64,000 nt of DNA from Acanthaster planci (Eukaryota): assembly GCF_001949145.1 (NCBI RefSeq), contig NW_019091361.1, positions 3,373,854-3,437,853 of the forward strand, written 5' to 3'. Within the stretch, counting starts at the first letter, position 1. Every line of letters begins with the position of its first letter. The position numbers and the translations under genes are program-made. Below are positions 23,837 through 38,300 of the stretch, one piece after another. Below the pieces are notes generated by a model. The model searched no databases, was not told the DNA's origin, and was given only the letters and a program-made list of their open reading frames with translations.

Positions 23837-24722
23837 CAGGGCTCAACCTTAACGCTAGCCCGGCGTACAATGGCTAGTAAAAACGGCTGCGGGCTAGTAA
23901 AAACCCCTTCCCAACTTGCCCAGTGGGCTAGTTAAAATATGTACACGTTTACACCTTGAATCCTGTATTGTGTGCTGGAACAGTGTATGTGTACATTGTA
24001 CCTAGTACCTATCATCAATGCATCAACGATAGTTACTCCAGTAGTCAGTGACCCCTATACATGACCAATATAATTAACATACAATTTGTACTGGGAACCA
24101 GATACCAAGAACCGATACTGCATCCATAGCCTGATACAATCCGGTTCGTAAGTGACTTCGTTGTACCCCTGATTGAAGCCTCTCACTGGACAATCATGCC
24201 TGGTGAATGAGTAGGGAACAAGAACCAGTCTACCCACAAACCGCTATCTCTTTTTTTTTTTCATCTCCTTTATCATTTCTCAAGGCATAAACAAATACGG
24301 AACATGAGACAACAATACACAACTGCAATGGCAACAGCCTTGATGGATTACCAAATGCGAACTTAATCACAATCGAGTGGATCTTCAAATGTTACCATGT
24401 TACAAAAATGGTTTAAATATTGGATCTTTAAAAATATGTACAACTAAACCAACGTGATAGCGGTTGATAGAAACGTCTTGGTGGACCAAGACTAATGTTG
24501 TGACAGCGAAGAGGAAGAATATCCGGACTCCACTACCAGCGACGGTGATTTCTAGCCAACCATGAACAACAGTCAACAACGTTCTTAAGTCAGAAACCTG
24601 CTTTAACTGTTATTTTTTTTCCACACATTTCATGGGCTAGTAAAAATCTCTGCGGGCTAGTAAAAATCACAATTTACTAGCCCGGCGGGCTACTGTTGGG
24701 AAAAAATAAAGGGCAAGCCCTG
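23837..24722. mobile_element. Non-autonomous DNA transposon (hAT-like termini)
   Basis: CAGGGCT...AGCCCTG termini; subterminal GGGCTAGTAAAA repeats at both ends; atctagg on both flanks (imperfect TSD). Confidence 0.6.
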
Positions 24723-26374
24723 AATCTAGGACAGGGGTTAAAGATCTGCGTTTCTGAACAGGTGTGTTACTACAAGAACAACCTACACGTATGTATGTTT
24801 ACAATTGGGAAACACTGAATCATCTTTGTGCAAACATACACATGTATAGTTGTACTGGTACCTGTGTTCTCACACCTTTATCCATGAAAAATTGAGGTTA
24901 CTCTGGGTACAGTGCACTGCCTATATATTGGTGGTATTTTTGAGTTTTAGTGCACCATACCGCAGGTGCTATTTATTAGCCTTGGGGGAAGATCAGTGAA
25001 CCGTTGACAAGTTTGCCACAAACAGGTATCAATATTTGAAGTGGTTTGCCACCAGAGACACATGCGTGAAGTTTTGTGTCCATTTAACATGCCAGTTTGA
25101 ATCCAGTTTTAATTAAAAACCCCTACTACTGTGACCATTTTCCCTTCTCGTCAGTTTTAAATTCTAAGGGAGAATGTGGCATGGTTTGGGGCGAGGAGAT
25201 GTAAGAAAAAACAGGTTTTGGCAAGAATGAATTAACTACTAATTGAAAACTATTCAAATTGTGTTCAACAGACTTCACCGAACTATTCTGGGCCAAAATT
25301 CTGTGTGTATTTTCCCCAATAAAACAGTCAACAGTCTGCACATCAGTGTAATCGTTTTAGTAGCCCTGGTTTGAATGAAGCTATACAATGTATGTGAATA
25401 ATTAAATGCAAGTCAAAAGAAATCATGCATGAAAGATCGTCTGCTCAAGCAATATTCATTAGTATTTAAGTGTGTAGGAAGGGCCAATTAACTCCGCAGA
25501 GTGAAGTTACAAGTTACAGGTACGGTAGATGCATACAGTGAAGCACCCTGTCATACTCACTGGCGCAGGGAACAATTTTACCTTTATGGAGTATTGGCAT
25601 TTATCAACATGAAGACATACATGTAGAAGAATTGCGCCTGATTTATGGGAGATTTGTGCCATTGCAGTATGTACATTTGCAACTTGATATGATATGGCTC
25701 AGGCCACAGATGGTGTGAACTCCACAGCGTTTTCTTTGAAAGCAGTCCTGCTGGTACGTGTACATACGTACCTGTAGGTATAGTTACCGGTAAGATGCGA
25801 GGAGTGTGGGCGGAGTTTGAAGTGTAGCTGCTGTTAACTTTTCTTGGACACAATTTTTCTGCAACTTTGTACTCTCCTTCAGTGTGTGAAAACTCCTATA
25901 TGTTCCTGTTTGCATGCATTGAAATTGTGAAAAGTGCACTATTTCAAAGTTTTAAACTTATCCTTGCTTTCCTGAACAACTGAGGGCGCTGTTGCCAGCA
26001 CTGTGTGCATGTAGGTATGCCCTGCTGGTACATACCGTACACGCATGTACAAGTACTAGGTACCAGAGTCGACAAAAGTTAAAAATAAAGTGAACTGAGA
26101 CACAAAGGTCCATTTCAAGGGGTAGTATTAAGAACAAATTGATTGCAGCTAAAGCTCATCCACTTATCACTCGTCTTTGAGTATTTTCTACTTATTCTCT
26201 GTTGCAGAGTTCTCTGTGGATTTTTGCGTGGATGAAAGCCTCAGAGACTAGTTGATTTCATCTGGAGGTGGATGCTCAGTGTTGAACATTCGGTGGTTGC
26301 ATCTTTTTGACAGTGGAGTCTCTGCAGGTTTTTAGTTGATGGTGTACACCTGGTGAAGGGGCTTAACTGTCACC

Positions 26375-26390
26375 ATGGGACGTCCATTAG
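26375..26390 (+). CDS. ATP8B: ATP8B candidate first coding segment (MGRPL, in exon 26208-26390)
   Basis: ttgcag acceptor before 26208, Kozak caccATGG, GTATGT donor; phase 1 fits the next exon. Confidence 0.55.
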
Positions 26391-29300
26391 GTATGTAAAT
26401 TTGTCAGAATAAAATGTTCAGAAATGAGTACATGTGTAGTCAGTCCACATAAAAGAAAACCAAGGTTTGTTTTCCCATTATCATGGCCTTATAGCATTGT
26501 AATATGAAATGATATTAAAGTTTTTCTGTGTTATATTCTGTGAAATATTTTGGTTTGGCCATAGACTGTATTTGTCCTAATATAGCGAGGCGGCCTGGTA
26601 ACATTCATTTGTACCTGTGTACAGTACATTCGCCACTAGGAATTTGGCAAAGTAATTAATGCTACGGTACCTCTGTGAGAAAATTCCATTTAATGTTAAG
26701 TTCAAAACATTCAAATGTACGGTACTGAAGTGCAGTATATTCCATACATGTACATGTACTGGTACTATATATCTGGCCAAATATGAGTATTAGAATGACC
26801 ACTTCGGGAAATAGGACCACACTTTTCCTGATCAAGTGTGTGACATCTTTAACCCTAACAGCCCTCAATCCTTCACTTGCTGGAGGATTGAGGACTGTTA
26901 AGGTTAATCTTGATTTTTGCAACCAAACTCGTATGACGTTATGAGAGGCTTGGTTGCTGCTGATGAAGCTACTGCGTCCTGCTTGCTGGGTGGTTTACCG
27001 GAGTTGTTCAGATTTTGTTAGGATCCCGTCCACAGTTCTTTGGTTGTTTTTATGACCATTTGTAGCTCCGTCAGTCCAGGGCTATAGCACGCTTGAAGGA
27101 ATAAACAGCAGCGGTAAGTTGTGGGGACCGAGAACGTTTTGGAATCGCACTCACCTCCCATGAGCTGCTGTTTAGTGTGCCATCCTCCATCGCATTGATC
27201 ATGGCATTTGGCAAGATCAGTCCAACAATCCATTTCTTTTTAAGTTTTAATCAATCTTCTTAAAGTTGTATAAGTTTTGAAGAATAGGCCTCAGCCACTC
27301 TGTATGCCTTTCTTTTTCTTTGAGATCTGCCTTAAAGATCAGTCACATTGGTAATACACATTTCCACTTTTTATGAAATTGAGTTATATTTAAAACAATG
27401 TATAATGTAAAAAACTAAATAAAGATTGCTACTGATGTCAAAAGCACGAGTTGAAGTTCTCCTTCATACTAGGCAAAATGAAAACAAAACCATCCATACT
27501 TGTAGAAGCCTGTTGCGATGACATCACGCTACCGCTCTGCAATTATACGACTTTCATTATTTCGGGGCAAACGCACCTGTTAGCGCTGTTCTTGCTCGAA
27601 CTTAACTGTGAATTATAAGAAGTTAGACAATGAGAGTGACTTGGAATTATATGTACATTTACATAGACATTGTTGATTAGGCAAGTCAAGGTGATGTCAA
27701 CACTGGATCGTATGATACAGTTGAATCGTCCCAATTTGAACGGGAGTGAGGTCCCAGTGAAATTCAGACAGATGGCTGCTGTCATTTGCCGAAAATGACC
27801 GGCGAGGAAACAGACAACCTATTATGACCACAAGGTCAAGAAACTCTTGGGGAATGAGAGCTGCATTATGACATCAAGTCACTAGACTTGTTTGCCGCCC
27901 CCATCGATGCATTTTTTTTTTCTGAGCATTCTTGCGGTGGAACTGAACTCCCCAAATGACAATTTTTTTGTACATGCAAAGAGAACCTACCATGTTAGTC
28001 ATTATGTGGGTCATAATTCCCTGTTTAATAACCTCTTTCCCATAAAAACAATGTGACTGATCTGTAAGCCTAACCCTGCTTCCATTATAATTGCTTGCAG
28101 CCTTCTAAATTCTGTAGCAAATAAACAGGTGCATGAAGCACAGAAATTATTACTACTGACAGTGACAGAATCCGGAGGGGATTCCGATCAACCTTCATGA
28201 ATGTGCAACAGTGGATGTTATTGAAACAATACATGTACATACATTTACATGTACAGATATATGGATCCGTGCTTTTCTGCCAAGTTGGTACATGTACATG
28301 TACCTGTGCATAAGCCAAGTTGCCTGAGCGCTTTGCATTATGCTCATTACTACATGTAATTCAACTGCTGCCCTAGCTGTGGATGAGCATATGTGCACAT
28401 GAACTTGAAACTGTGTAACACCTTGCATCGAAATGCTGATATTTCTCAAAAAGAGTCTCTAGATTTTGCAAAATTGGGTTTAAAGTGTTCGAGGTACACC
28501 CACATGTATAAATTGCACGTGGATTTGGTTAATAAACATTATTGTACACGTATATGTATGTAGTTTGACACCTTGGATGCTCATTTGATGATGTACATTG
28601 TACTTGTGCACCAGGGCATTTACTAACGTTTTCTGCATGGACCTACCGTCTTACGTAGAATTTACCTAAAATTTGTGATGTATGTATACATGTACGTTAT
28701 GTACCTGTATCATCAGACATCAGTCCTTTGCATCCAGAATGCACTCATCGAAACAAAATTGTACGTCGCACTTTGAAAACAGAAGGCATGATTGTAAAAG
28801 TACCGGTACATGTAAACTTGCTGGAGAAAAAGTCACGCCGGTACACTGCACGCGTACTTGTATGTGACAGGAGTTGGATTATTATCCGCTCCGAGCAGGA
28901 ACAAAAGAGGGCATGTTTTGAAATGAAATTGACAGTCCTTTGGTACTCACGCACCGCATAGGTGCGCAAGTTTATGCACGTTTGACGCGGAGCATGCTGA
29001 GTACGCGCAACGATTTTAGTGCACGCTGAACGCATGCTAGAACCCGGTTGGAAAACATAGTTCCATCTGTCTTTCTCTCGCTGGTGAGGGTGCACTTCAG
29101 CTTAGGCTGGATAACATTCTGCTGATTGTATGTATGTAGAGGCAAAGTGCATAAGACTCTTCTATGGTCTATTTCAATGGTACACTAATGACTGGATTGT
29201 TTAATGTTCAGTGTGTCCCAAGCTGGGGGGGGGGGAGATTTTATTAGTACGAAAGAAATCTTCCCCACGTCCTGGGGGCACTTGGAACTTGTTGCAAACC

Positions 29301-32300
29301 AACATGCGTATTGTTTATATCCAATGTACTGTAGGATGCCACCCCTCGCCCTGTGTGTACAGATTACCAGGGTGTGTGCACATGTACTGTGCATGTCACT
29401 AGGTCCTCAAATGCAGAGTGGTCCACCGTACAGTCCGGAATCTGTCAACTTAAAAAACACATGTACATGTTGGAATCTGATGGGAGGGCGAGCCAGGTTA
29501 ACAGAGTGTTGGGCAGGCAGGGGGGACAAGCAAGGAGTGGGTTTGGAAACAAGACCTACCCTGAATACATGTATGTCTTGACCTTGTCTAATGTCCTTTC
29601 AACACACAGCCAATCAGATATTCAGGAGGAACGAAGAGAAAGGTGATGTACAAACATCTTTCAGTGTTCATATGAATTGGCATCAGTACCGGTAGCATCC
29701 ACCCCCTGATGATTTCAATGGCCTCATCCATGCTTTGCTTTGCTTTGCTTTTTTTGGTTGCTACCTTCCCCATTTTTTCAAGTTGACTAGAGTGCAGAGA
29801 GGAGTCACATGCATGTGAATGTTGTTGTCCCTGTTTATCTTGTCCTCAACTCCAGTGTTATCCTCGTGTGACACACTGACATCATTGCATGCTTAAGTTT
29901 CACGTCCGTGTCATGCGCTTGCTTTTGCATGGTGAACAGAGAAGGTCTTCAAATAATTACAAGACAAGGATATCATCATTCTCAGTGTACAGTACCTGTG
30001 CATGAAGTTAAAAGTGCTACACGTGTACAGGAAGTACATGTACAGTGTACTGTTTAGGGTATGTTGTTCATGCATGCCACATTATTACATTGTACATCAG
30101 TATGCCACATTATTACATTGCACATGGTATATGTACCATACTCTGTATTTAATTGTCCCGTGACAAAATAAAAGAACAGAAGGTGTTGAAGCCATTTAGC
30201 AAAACATGTACATGTACATGTATGCGGGCCACATAGACCTTACCATGATGCTGCCATGTTTGTCTTGTCCCCTTTAGCCCCGTTGGCAATACCGATAGTA
30301 ATACAACTTGATAAAAGCCAAAAGACTACGTTTTCTTTCAGCCTCCTTAGTTGAGTTACATTGCGTAGAATGGTAGAAAAGCAAGATGGCTGCCCCATGC
30401 CAGAGGTCTATATCGGGGTTATGAAATCTCTTGCTTTGTCATTCATGTCCTGCATACAGTGCATGTGTTATAGTTGACGGATGGAATCACAACATCAGTA
30501 GAAGCGTGTTAGTACACATTCAGAAATGATGTACATCTCATGAAACTGCTTTTCAGAGCCAGGCAAACACATCTGAAACAAGCTCTCATGGCGGGATGCA
30601 GTCTGGATCGAGTTGTATTTGTACAAATTGCCATGGCTTTGCTATCAAATTAGAGTTTCTGTTTTGATGAGGATGTATCTTACAAACATGGATGATGACG
30701 TTCATGTATATATTTTACACAAATTTCCACATTATTGCAGGCTTTGAGCTCAGTCAGTCATTTTTTGGTGCATGCATGTAGCCAGCATCCAACCTTTCTG
30801 CTTCTTTGTTTAAAATACTTAACGCTGATTTTCAAGCTATTTTTCAAATGTTCTTTATCTTTGTGATATTTAATGCGCACGGATGCAAGATGTTCATTTT
30901 AATTTTATTTCATTTCTCGGGAAAATCGAGTTACAATGAACAAATACAAACACAATAAGATGAGAAAATAATAATTACAAAGAATATTCCAATCAGCCCC
31001 CGAAGGATTGCCCAAAAGAAATAAATTCTGTCAAAGGGGCTCTCCAAACTACATGTAATTGAAATGAATACAAAAGGTATATACACCTATGATAAATAAT
31101 TATTCTCCGATAAAAGGAATTTAGAATAAAGAATAAAATAAAGAATACAGTTCTGCATAAAAAAAGTAAGTGTAATTCTGCAAGTAGTCAAGATGTCTGA
31201 AAAATCATTCTCAAAGTTATGTCCCCTGTCTTCTCAGAGAACCCTAATGTGATCTTTCTTGTCTGGAACTACCATACATGTACATGTACCGGTAACTGAT
31301 CATTTTTTGGTAATTGAGTGGTTCATTGTGACTGACCACCTTGTACGTACAGTTGAAGGGGGCTTCAGGCAGGAACTTGCACTAAATTAAAAGCTTACTT
31401 GTTCTGTCCTAAGTATCTCAGGCTTTTATCAGCCAGGTGTCATCAGGCAGAGAAAAAGTTACATTTGTTGCGTGTAAGGAACATGTAGCTTGTCGCATGG
31501 CCCCTGGCTTAAATACATGGTGATGCAATTAAAAATGTAATAGTCTAGTTGATTGAAGGAGACTTTATCAGTAAAAGGCTGATGTACAGCAATTGTACAT
31601 GTACATGCACTGGTACGTGTACATTGTGTGATCGCCACTGTGATTGATGCCCTGAATTCAGGATTTGATCATTGCATTTCATGCGTGCAGGTGTATTGTA
31701 TACATATGTGTACATGCACGTCTACATCGGTAAACATAAATGTGGAGTTTGGAAATTTACATGTAGTCCTGTGTGAAAGTCACTTCACCAAGTTGAATGT
31801 GATGATTCTCTACTTGTGCATACATGTAGGAAGGACTGTACACTTGCCATTTACATTTGTAGCTAGCTCTTGCATGATTTTTTGTTTTAGATTTGTGTAT
31901 GATACCACATGAGTTAACCTTCCTCTTGCATTTTTTTAACGACAGAAACGGAACGTTCCCTGAAGGCCAACAACCGGGAGTATAATTCCCAGTTCAGATA
32001 TGCTGTAAGTATCCAAATGTGTCCACGGTATTCTCTGCATGCCATCCAAATCACGAAAATCAGAATAATGCTGTTTTTGATTAAAACCAGAGAAAGAAAA
32101 AGAAACACTCCTACATCAGCAGCACAGCAAAGCAGTCCTAGATACACATGTAAAACTGTGCATAGCATGGACATTTCCATGCACATGTACATATAAAACG
32201 TGCACAGAAGTGAAATTAAATTGAGCTTTTGCAAGTTAAATCCAGAACCAGGGAGACGACTGCAATTTTTACTGCGTATTATGTTTTTGAATTTTTGTTA

Positions 32301-35300
32301 TCTGTTGCTGCGTTGGTAAAGACTACATGTACTGGCACACGATGTACCGGTATATGGACCACTACATGTGCATGTGTACATGTACATTGTATGTTGCTGT
32401 CATCACTTTGTGTACATGGACATGTACATGTATTCCATACATATATGTGCATTGTCTGTAGCTGATTATGGGTCAAGACATGCTAGCCATCCAGTTATGT
32501 AGGTGGCGTCAGTTTCCTTCTTGACGAGGTTTTTTTATTTTCACTGTCTGCGAAATGCAGAGTGGGTTGATAAGCCGTGTTTTCATTATTAAAGGTCGTC
32601 AACTCCCAGTAATTTGTGCAGGTTGCCATGGCAATGGAGAATGTGACCTGGTGATGAAGTGAGATGCTGCTTAGAACCTAACATGGGGGGAAAAGCATTA
32701 CCGTACTTGTGTTTGTGCAGGAAATGAAATTTAGCAGTGCATGTACGTTTACTGTTGCATGGACGCCAACTGGTTTAAATTGAAAAGCTGGGTATTTCAC
32801 TGACAACTCCACAGTATTATTTGATATGTACATGGAAGTAAAATGTGTCTACTTCCCAATGACTAGCGGTAATTCAAGCTTCTATAAACCACATGACACG
32901 GAGCCCTTTGAATTCATTCTAATTGATTTTTCTTCCCTTTTCCACTTTAACTTTTTCAGAACAATTACATCCGGACATCCAAGTACAACATCCTGACCTT
33001 CATTCCTGTCAATCTGTTTGAGCAATTCCTCCGCATTGCCAACTTTTATTTCCTGGTGTTGTTTATCATGCAGGTAAGAAACATGAAAATCAAACCAAAA
33101 TTGGCACAATATCGGTACCCCGCACACAGTACAATGTCTGTACATGTAAACAAATCCATTGACTATGGTAATGTTATCACTGATTCATTTGTGGTGGCCC
33201 CCGCCAATGGTGGTATGCATTTTGATCACTTCTGCACGGAGTCACTGTTCTGTGACAGTCGGTTCCTGTACAAAACCCCAACACACTGCTTTCTGCCAAT
33301 AAAGGGCCTGGCCTTTGAAACATAGCTGGACTGCTGTGTTGGGTTTTGTGCCTCTTTGACAGAATTAGGAGACATTCAACATATACATGTATGTAGTATT
33401 AGATACCGTCGCTCAGCAAGTGCCTGGGTTGAATTTCATGTGGCCAGCAGTACGTACATGTAAGCCCGGAAGTAAGCTAAGCGTGAAAAATATGTGTTTA
33501 ACGAAAGTAAGTTATCAGCGGAAACACCATACTCTTACTACTTCTTCAGACAGGTTCCCTGTTGCTCTCTGCTGAGCACATACAGGTAAACTTGCAAACC
33601 AGTATTTCTTGCTCAGCATCTCTGTGGAATTGGGCCCTGTTGGCCAAGAACTGCACCAGTGCGTGACGAAATCCCACTCCGGCCAAATTTGTTCATTTGT
33701 TCAAATTTGTTGACCAGCAAAGACCAAAGTACATGTACATCATACCAACCGTACATGCCATTTTGGTAGGAGACATGTTACAATTGCATCAATTGTACAG
33801 CCCTTGAATGAGAACCGTCTGTTCAGCATATAGTGCGGTTGGTTGCAGTAATGGCTGTGTGGAAAGAAGTAGAGGGCGCTCTTCAAACATCTTCAGAGTG
33901 CAAAACTTGCGCGAGGCAAACACCACCAGGCGTAGGCAAAGGGTAGTACTGGTGGAGTGCTCTCACCTTTTTGTTTTCTTGACCGAGGACATTTTGATCA
34001 TGTAGCACATCACCATATGTGGCCGAATTCCGGGCTTGCAGCTTTGAATAACGCTTACATACATGTACACTGTATGCCAGTGACAGATGACTGTAGCTTG
34101 GCAGTGACTTCCGTAAACTTTAAATGCCTCTTTAAACACACATGGTGTGGAATTTGCTTTTGACAAATAAAAACATTTTGGTTATCATTGTAGTGTTGAA
34201 AATGCTGCCATGTCGTAAAAAGCACAGCGATAGTGGTTGTCCTATTCAGGAGTTAATCGCATCAACTTGTTTTGGTTTCATTTAACAGCTCATAGGGCCG
34301 ATCTCTTCCTTGAATCCGGTCACCACTGGCCTGCCCCTTGTCTTCGTGTTGGCAGTCACAGCAACAAAAGATGGAGTGGATGACTTTGTGAGTAGTTGCG
34401 GCTTTTTATCAAGTCAATTCTCTCCCATTCCCTGCCCTTTGAGGAATTCTCGTGACATGTTACAGATTAGTAATCATTATTTCTCAGTTTAACCTTGTCA
34501 CATGTGTGTGCAATGGAAGTGATTTACAGTTAATCAGTAAAATTTGTCTTGCTGAGTGTGGACGCTAACCCAGTATACATTAGAAACTGAAGTGATTTCT
34601 TAAATTGCAAATGAAACTCTGCAATAAATGGAAAATGTGGAAGTGAAATAAAAAAGCTTTCATTTCCTGTAGTATCAAAAAGGAGAAAACTAACTTCTTA
34701 AGTGGTTAGCTACTTCCTTGATAGGGTGTACTGCCTTTTACTAGATAAAAGTCTCACAAAACCTTTCCATAATGTGTTGATGGGTCTGTCTTTCTTCCAC
34801 TTCCAATCTTATAGCAACGACACAGAAGTGACAGTTTAGTCAACAACAGGCAGACGGACATCTTGGTTGAAAACAAGTGAGTAAACAGTGACCCAAACTT
34901 AATAATCATACATGTACATGTACATGGGTCATGAGTATTTCAAAGTCTGTCAATCTCTTCCTGTTTCCAAATTCAAGTAGGGTGTCAAAATCATCTTTGA
35001 GTTTTCTGATGTTGTTTTTTCTCAGCTCACGGGCATGCAACTTTTCTTTGACTCAATTGATTTCTAGTGGTTAAAGCTTTCTCTCAATTTTTTTCTAACT
35101 CACAAGCCTAAATTAAACAACCACTTGGAGGGCCTTATTTTCCGTCCGAGTAGAATCTTTATCTTTAAGTTTGAGAAATATCCCACTAGAATTGAAACGT
35201 CGGGCTCTCTGATTTTTTTTCGAGTGGTGTATTCAGCAAGTTTTTAAGTTGAACATATTAAAAAGCAACTGGAACAAGACTTGTGTTTGTTAGGTAACAA

Positions 35301-38300
35301 ACACAGAGCTGTTTTGGTCACCCTTTTGGGGTGGAAACAAAATGAGGCTGAAATGGGTGGGAATCAAACCAAGGTCTCTAAGTACACATTTCTGCATTGA
35401 ACCATATGGGGACTTGGGTTTGCCGCAACGAGTTTGGTCCATTCCAAGAAGCCTTGGGATGATGAAGTTACAGAGTAATCTTGAGTAAATGCATGTACGT
35501 ACTCTATGCGCAAGCAACATAAAGAATACACAATGTTGCGCTAGGATTGAATTTTCGAGGGAAGGACTATTGTTAGGGTTCTCTTGTCCTCACTGGATCA
35601 TTCAGTGAACAATAAGACTAGTCAGACACCGTAGGTAATTGACTGCGCCCACTATCAAAGTCACATGACCTACTGGTACAGTGGGTATTACTCCCGTAAC
35701 AAAGTGTGTTTAAGTGTTGTGTATCAAAAATAAAGCCAATTCTCATTTTAGTACTCGGCATATCAGTAGTCTGAGTACTGTACTGACCAAAAGCTGTAAT
35801 TCTTTTCTGGTAAATGACACTTATGACAAACTTTGCTCTGAGGTGCACCTTGTTTGTTGATATCGTTGATATATAGCGGGCGCAATCTTCTAGTCAATCA
35901 TTATTGGACAGTTCGTGATTGTGGGAGGTTAGCCAACTTTCTTCTACTTTGCTTCCCAAACCTGTCAAGGAGGACTATTTTCTGCAACCAACAGGGGTTG
36001 TGATAATATACCACAGTGCAGGGATCTTCCTTGTGCCCTATGGTCTGTGCGTTGGAGAAGGCCAAAAGAGGACGTTGTGTGAAACAGAGTTAGTTGCTCA
36101 TGCATGCGGGTTTAACAAACCAAAATCATTCCTCTGAACACTTACAGTATACTTGTGTGTTTACTCACATAAATTATGCAGTACCCAGCGTAAATCCAAT
36201 TTAGGTCTACTTGGTAGGCGTGCCAAGTTTGAGAAGCTCGACAAGGCCCAGAGAGGGCGTTATGCAAAGTAAGTAACGGTTGCTCATAGACCCAGCCAAC
36301 ACTTATCTCCCAACAGTCTTTCCTCATTTGAATATACAATATGCAGCATAAATGCCATATACATGTAGGTCTATTTGGTAGGGGTGTCAAGTTTGAGAAA
36401 AGCAGCAAAGCCCAGAGAGGGCATTATGCAAAGAAAATAACGGTTGCTCATAGAACCTTACCAAGATATGCCTCGGAACAGTTGCAGTACACTTTTGTGT
36501 GCTTATCTTGCATAGTGTACAGTATTAAGGTTTTTTTTTATACATATTCAAATTTAATAACAATTCATGTGATGATTTTGTCATGATGTAATTTTATATG
36601 ATCTTTATTTGATGTTCTATCAAGCCTTTTGGGTTTATGTTGATTGTCATGATGTCATCGGGATCTCACAAAATTGCCCAGTAACATGGAAATCTACGTT
36701 CCCGAGCCAGAGGTTTTCCAAGAAGAATTTTGAAAAAAAAAAAATTTTGTTCAGGAGATACATTAAATAGAATGCTTAAATAAGGAAAATTAAAAAATTT
36801 ATTAAAAACAGCTGATGACTTCATCATGACATCCCAGGTTTCTCATATAACAGGTCTTGGTTTGTGTCCATACCATGTTTCATTGTGGTCATACCTTTAG
36901 TTCCGGAGATATTGGCGGCCAAAATGTTCAACTTTGCCTGTCATGCAACTCTTGATGTCATCATGATGATGTAAGGATTTGGCAAGTAGTAATCTAACTA
37001 TCTGCCAGGTTGGAAGGGAATTGGCCCCAAGACAAGGCCCAACATTGTGTGTATATGTACATGTAGAACAATCCTCTGTTATGTCAATGGGTAAAAGTGG
37101 AAAAGAAAAAAACAAAAACCAAAAAAACCAAGTAGATATTTTGGCCTTTGCCCAAAACATGTATTTAATGACTATTCTTGCTGTCCCCACTCCTGACCTT
37201 TGACCTTCAGGCTTACATCAACTCGGTGGCAGGACGTGCAGGTCGGGGACATCATCCGAATGGAGAACAATGAATTTGTTGCTGCTGACCTGCTGCTGTT
37301 ATCGTCCAGTGAACCGCACAGCCTGGTGTACATTGAGACAGCAGAATTGGATGGGTGAGTAAAGGAGACTGTTTTGGATACCCCAACAACTGGGAATGAC
37401 GTGAAACATTTTAGGCGGTAATAACTGTTAAATTCTTTAAAAGATCCCAACAGAACAAGTCGAGGGCCGGTTTTCACACGCTTTGTTTTACACACATTAC
37501 ATCTGAATCGGGGGGACAGAAGGGTGTTGTGCGACAAGCGCCCCCTATGTTCAAACTCTTCTCATTCAGTCTTGTGTGGCGATGGCGTGCACATCCTTTG
37601 TTTCTTAGCTGCGTGAAGATGGACCACGATGAGTCTTCGAAACCACGAACAGCTGGCAAAAATTGATAATTTCAAGTGTGACTCTAAGTATTGAATCAGT
37701 AGTATAATATTTTTCTTCTGCAGGACTTTCATTTGTCAGAAAAGGTAATTTTTGAGATGAAACCTGTTTTTAGGATAAACATTTTGTTTCAATTTGTTTA
37801 CCTGTTATTCCTTTTTGACCTTGCCTTTCCAACTTTCTTGCCCGAATTTCTGTGGTATCGGTTGGTTGTGCATCTACATCTCCACGCTCTGTAAGTTTTG
37901 ATCGAGCGTGCAGAATTTTTGACGCGTACGCGTACCAAACTCAATGGACAAACTTTGAATGGGACGCGTCACTCAGTTTTATAACGGTGCTGAAAAATGG
38001 TCATGTTGAAGGGAAGGATTTCCTTTAAACGACTACAGTCTGAAGGTGAGGCCTTTACACATAGTACATTTCAGAAAAAAACTCAGTGTTGAAGGTGGGA
38101 ATTTTACAAATTGAATCATCGTTATGCGTGGATTTTAGGGGTGTTAATTTGAGGAGATCACGGCGCAACGTGCGCATTATAAGCGTGTTAGCGTGCAGGA
38201 TTCACGGCAGGATCGAGAAGCAAACATGGGAATCCTTTTCTAGAATCTCCATGAAACAAAGGGCTGGTGTACGTATTGAAAATAGATCGAGTGCTCCAAT

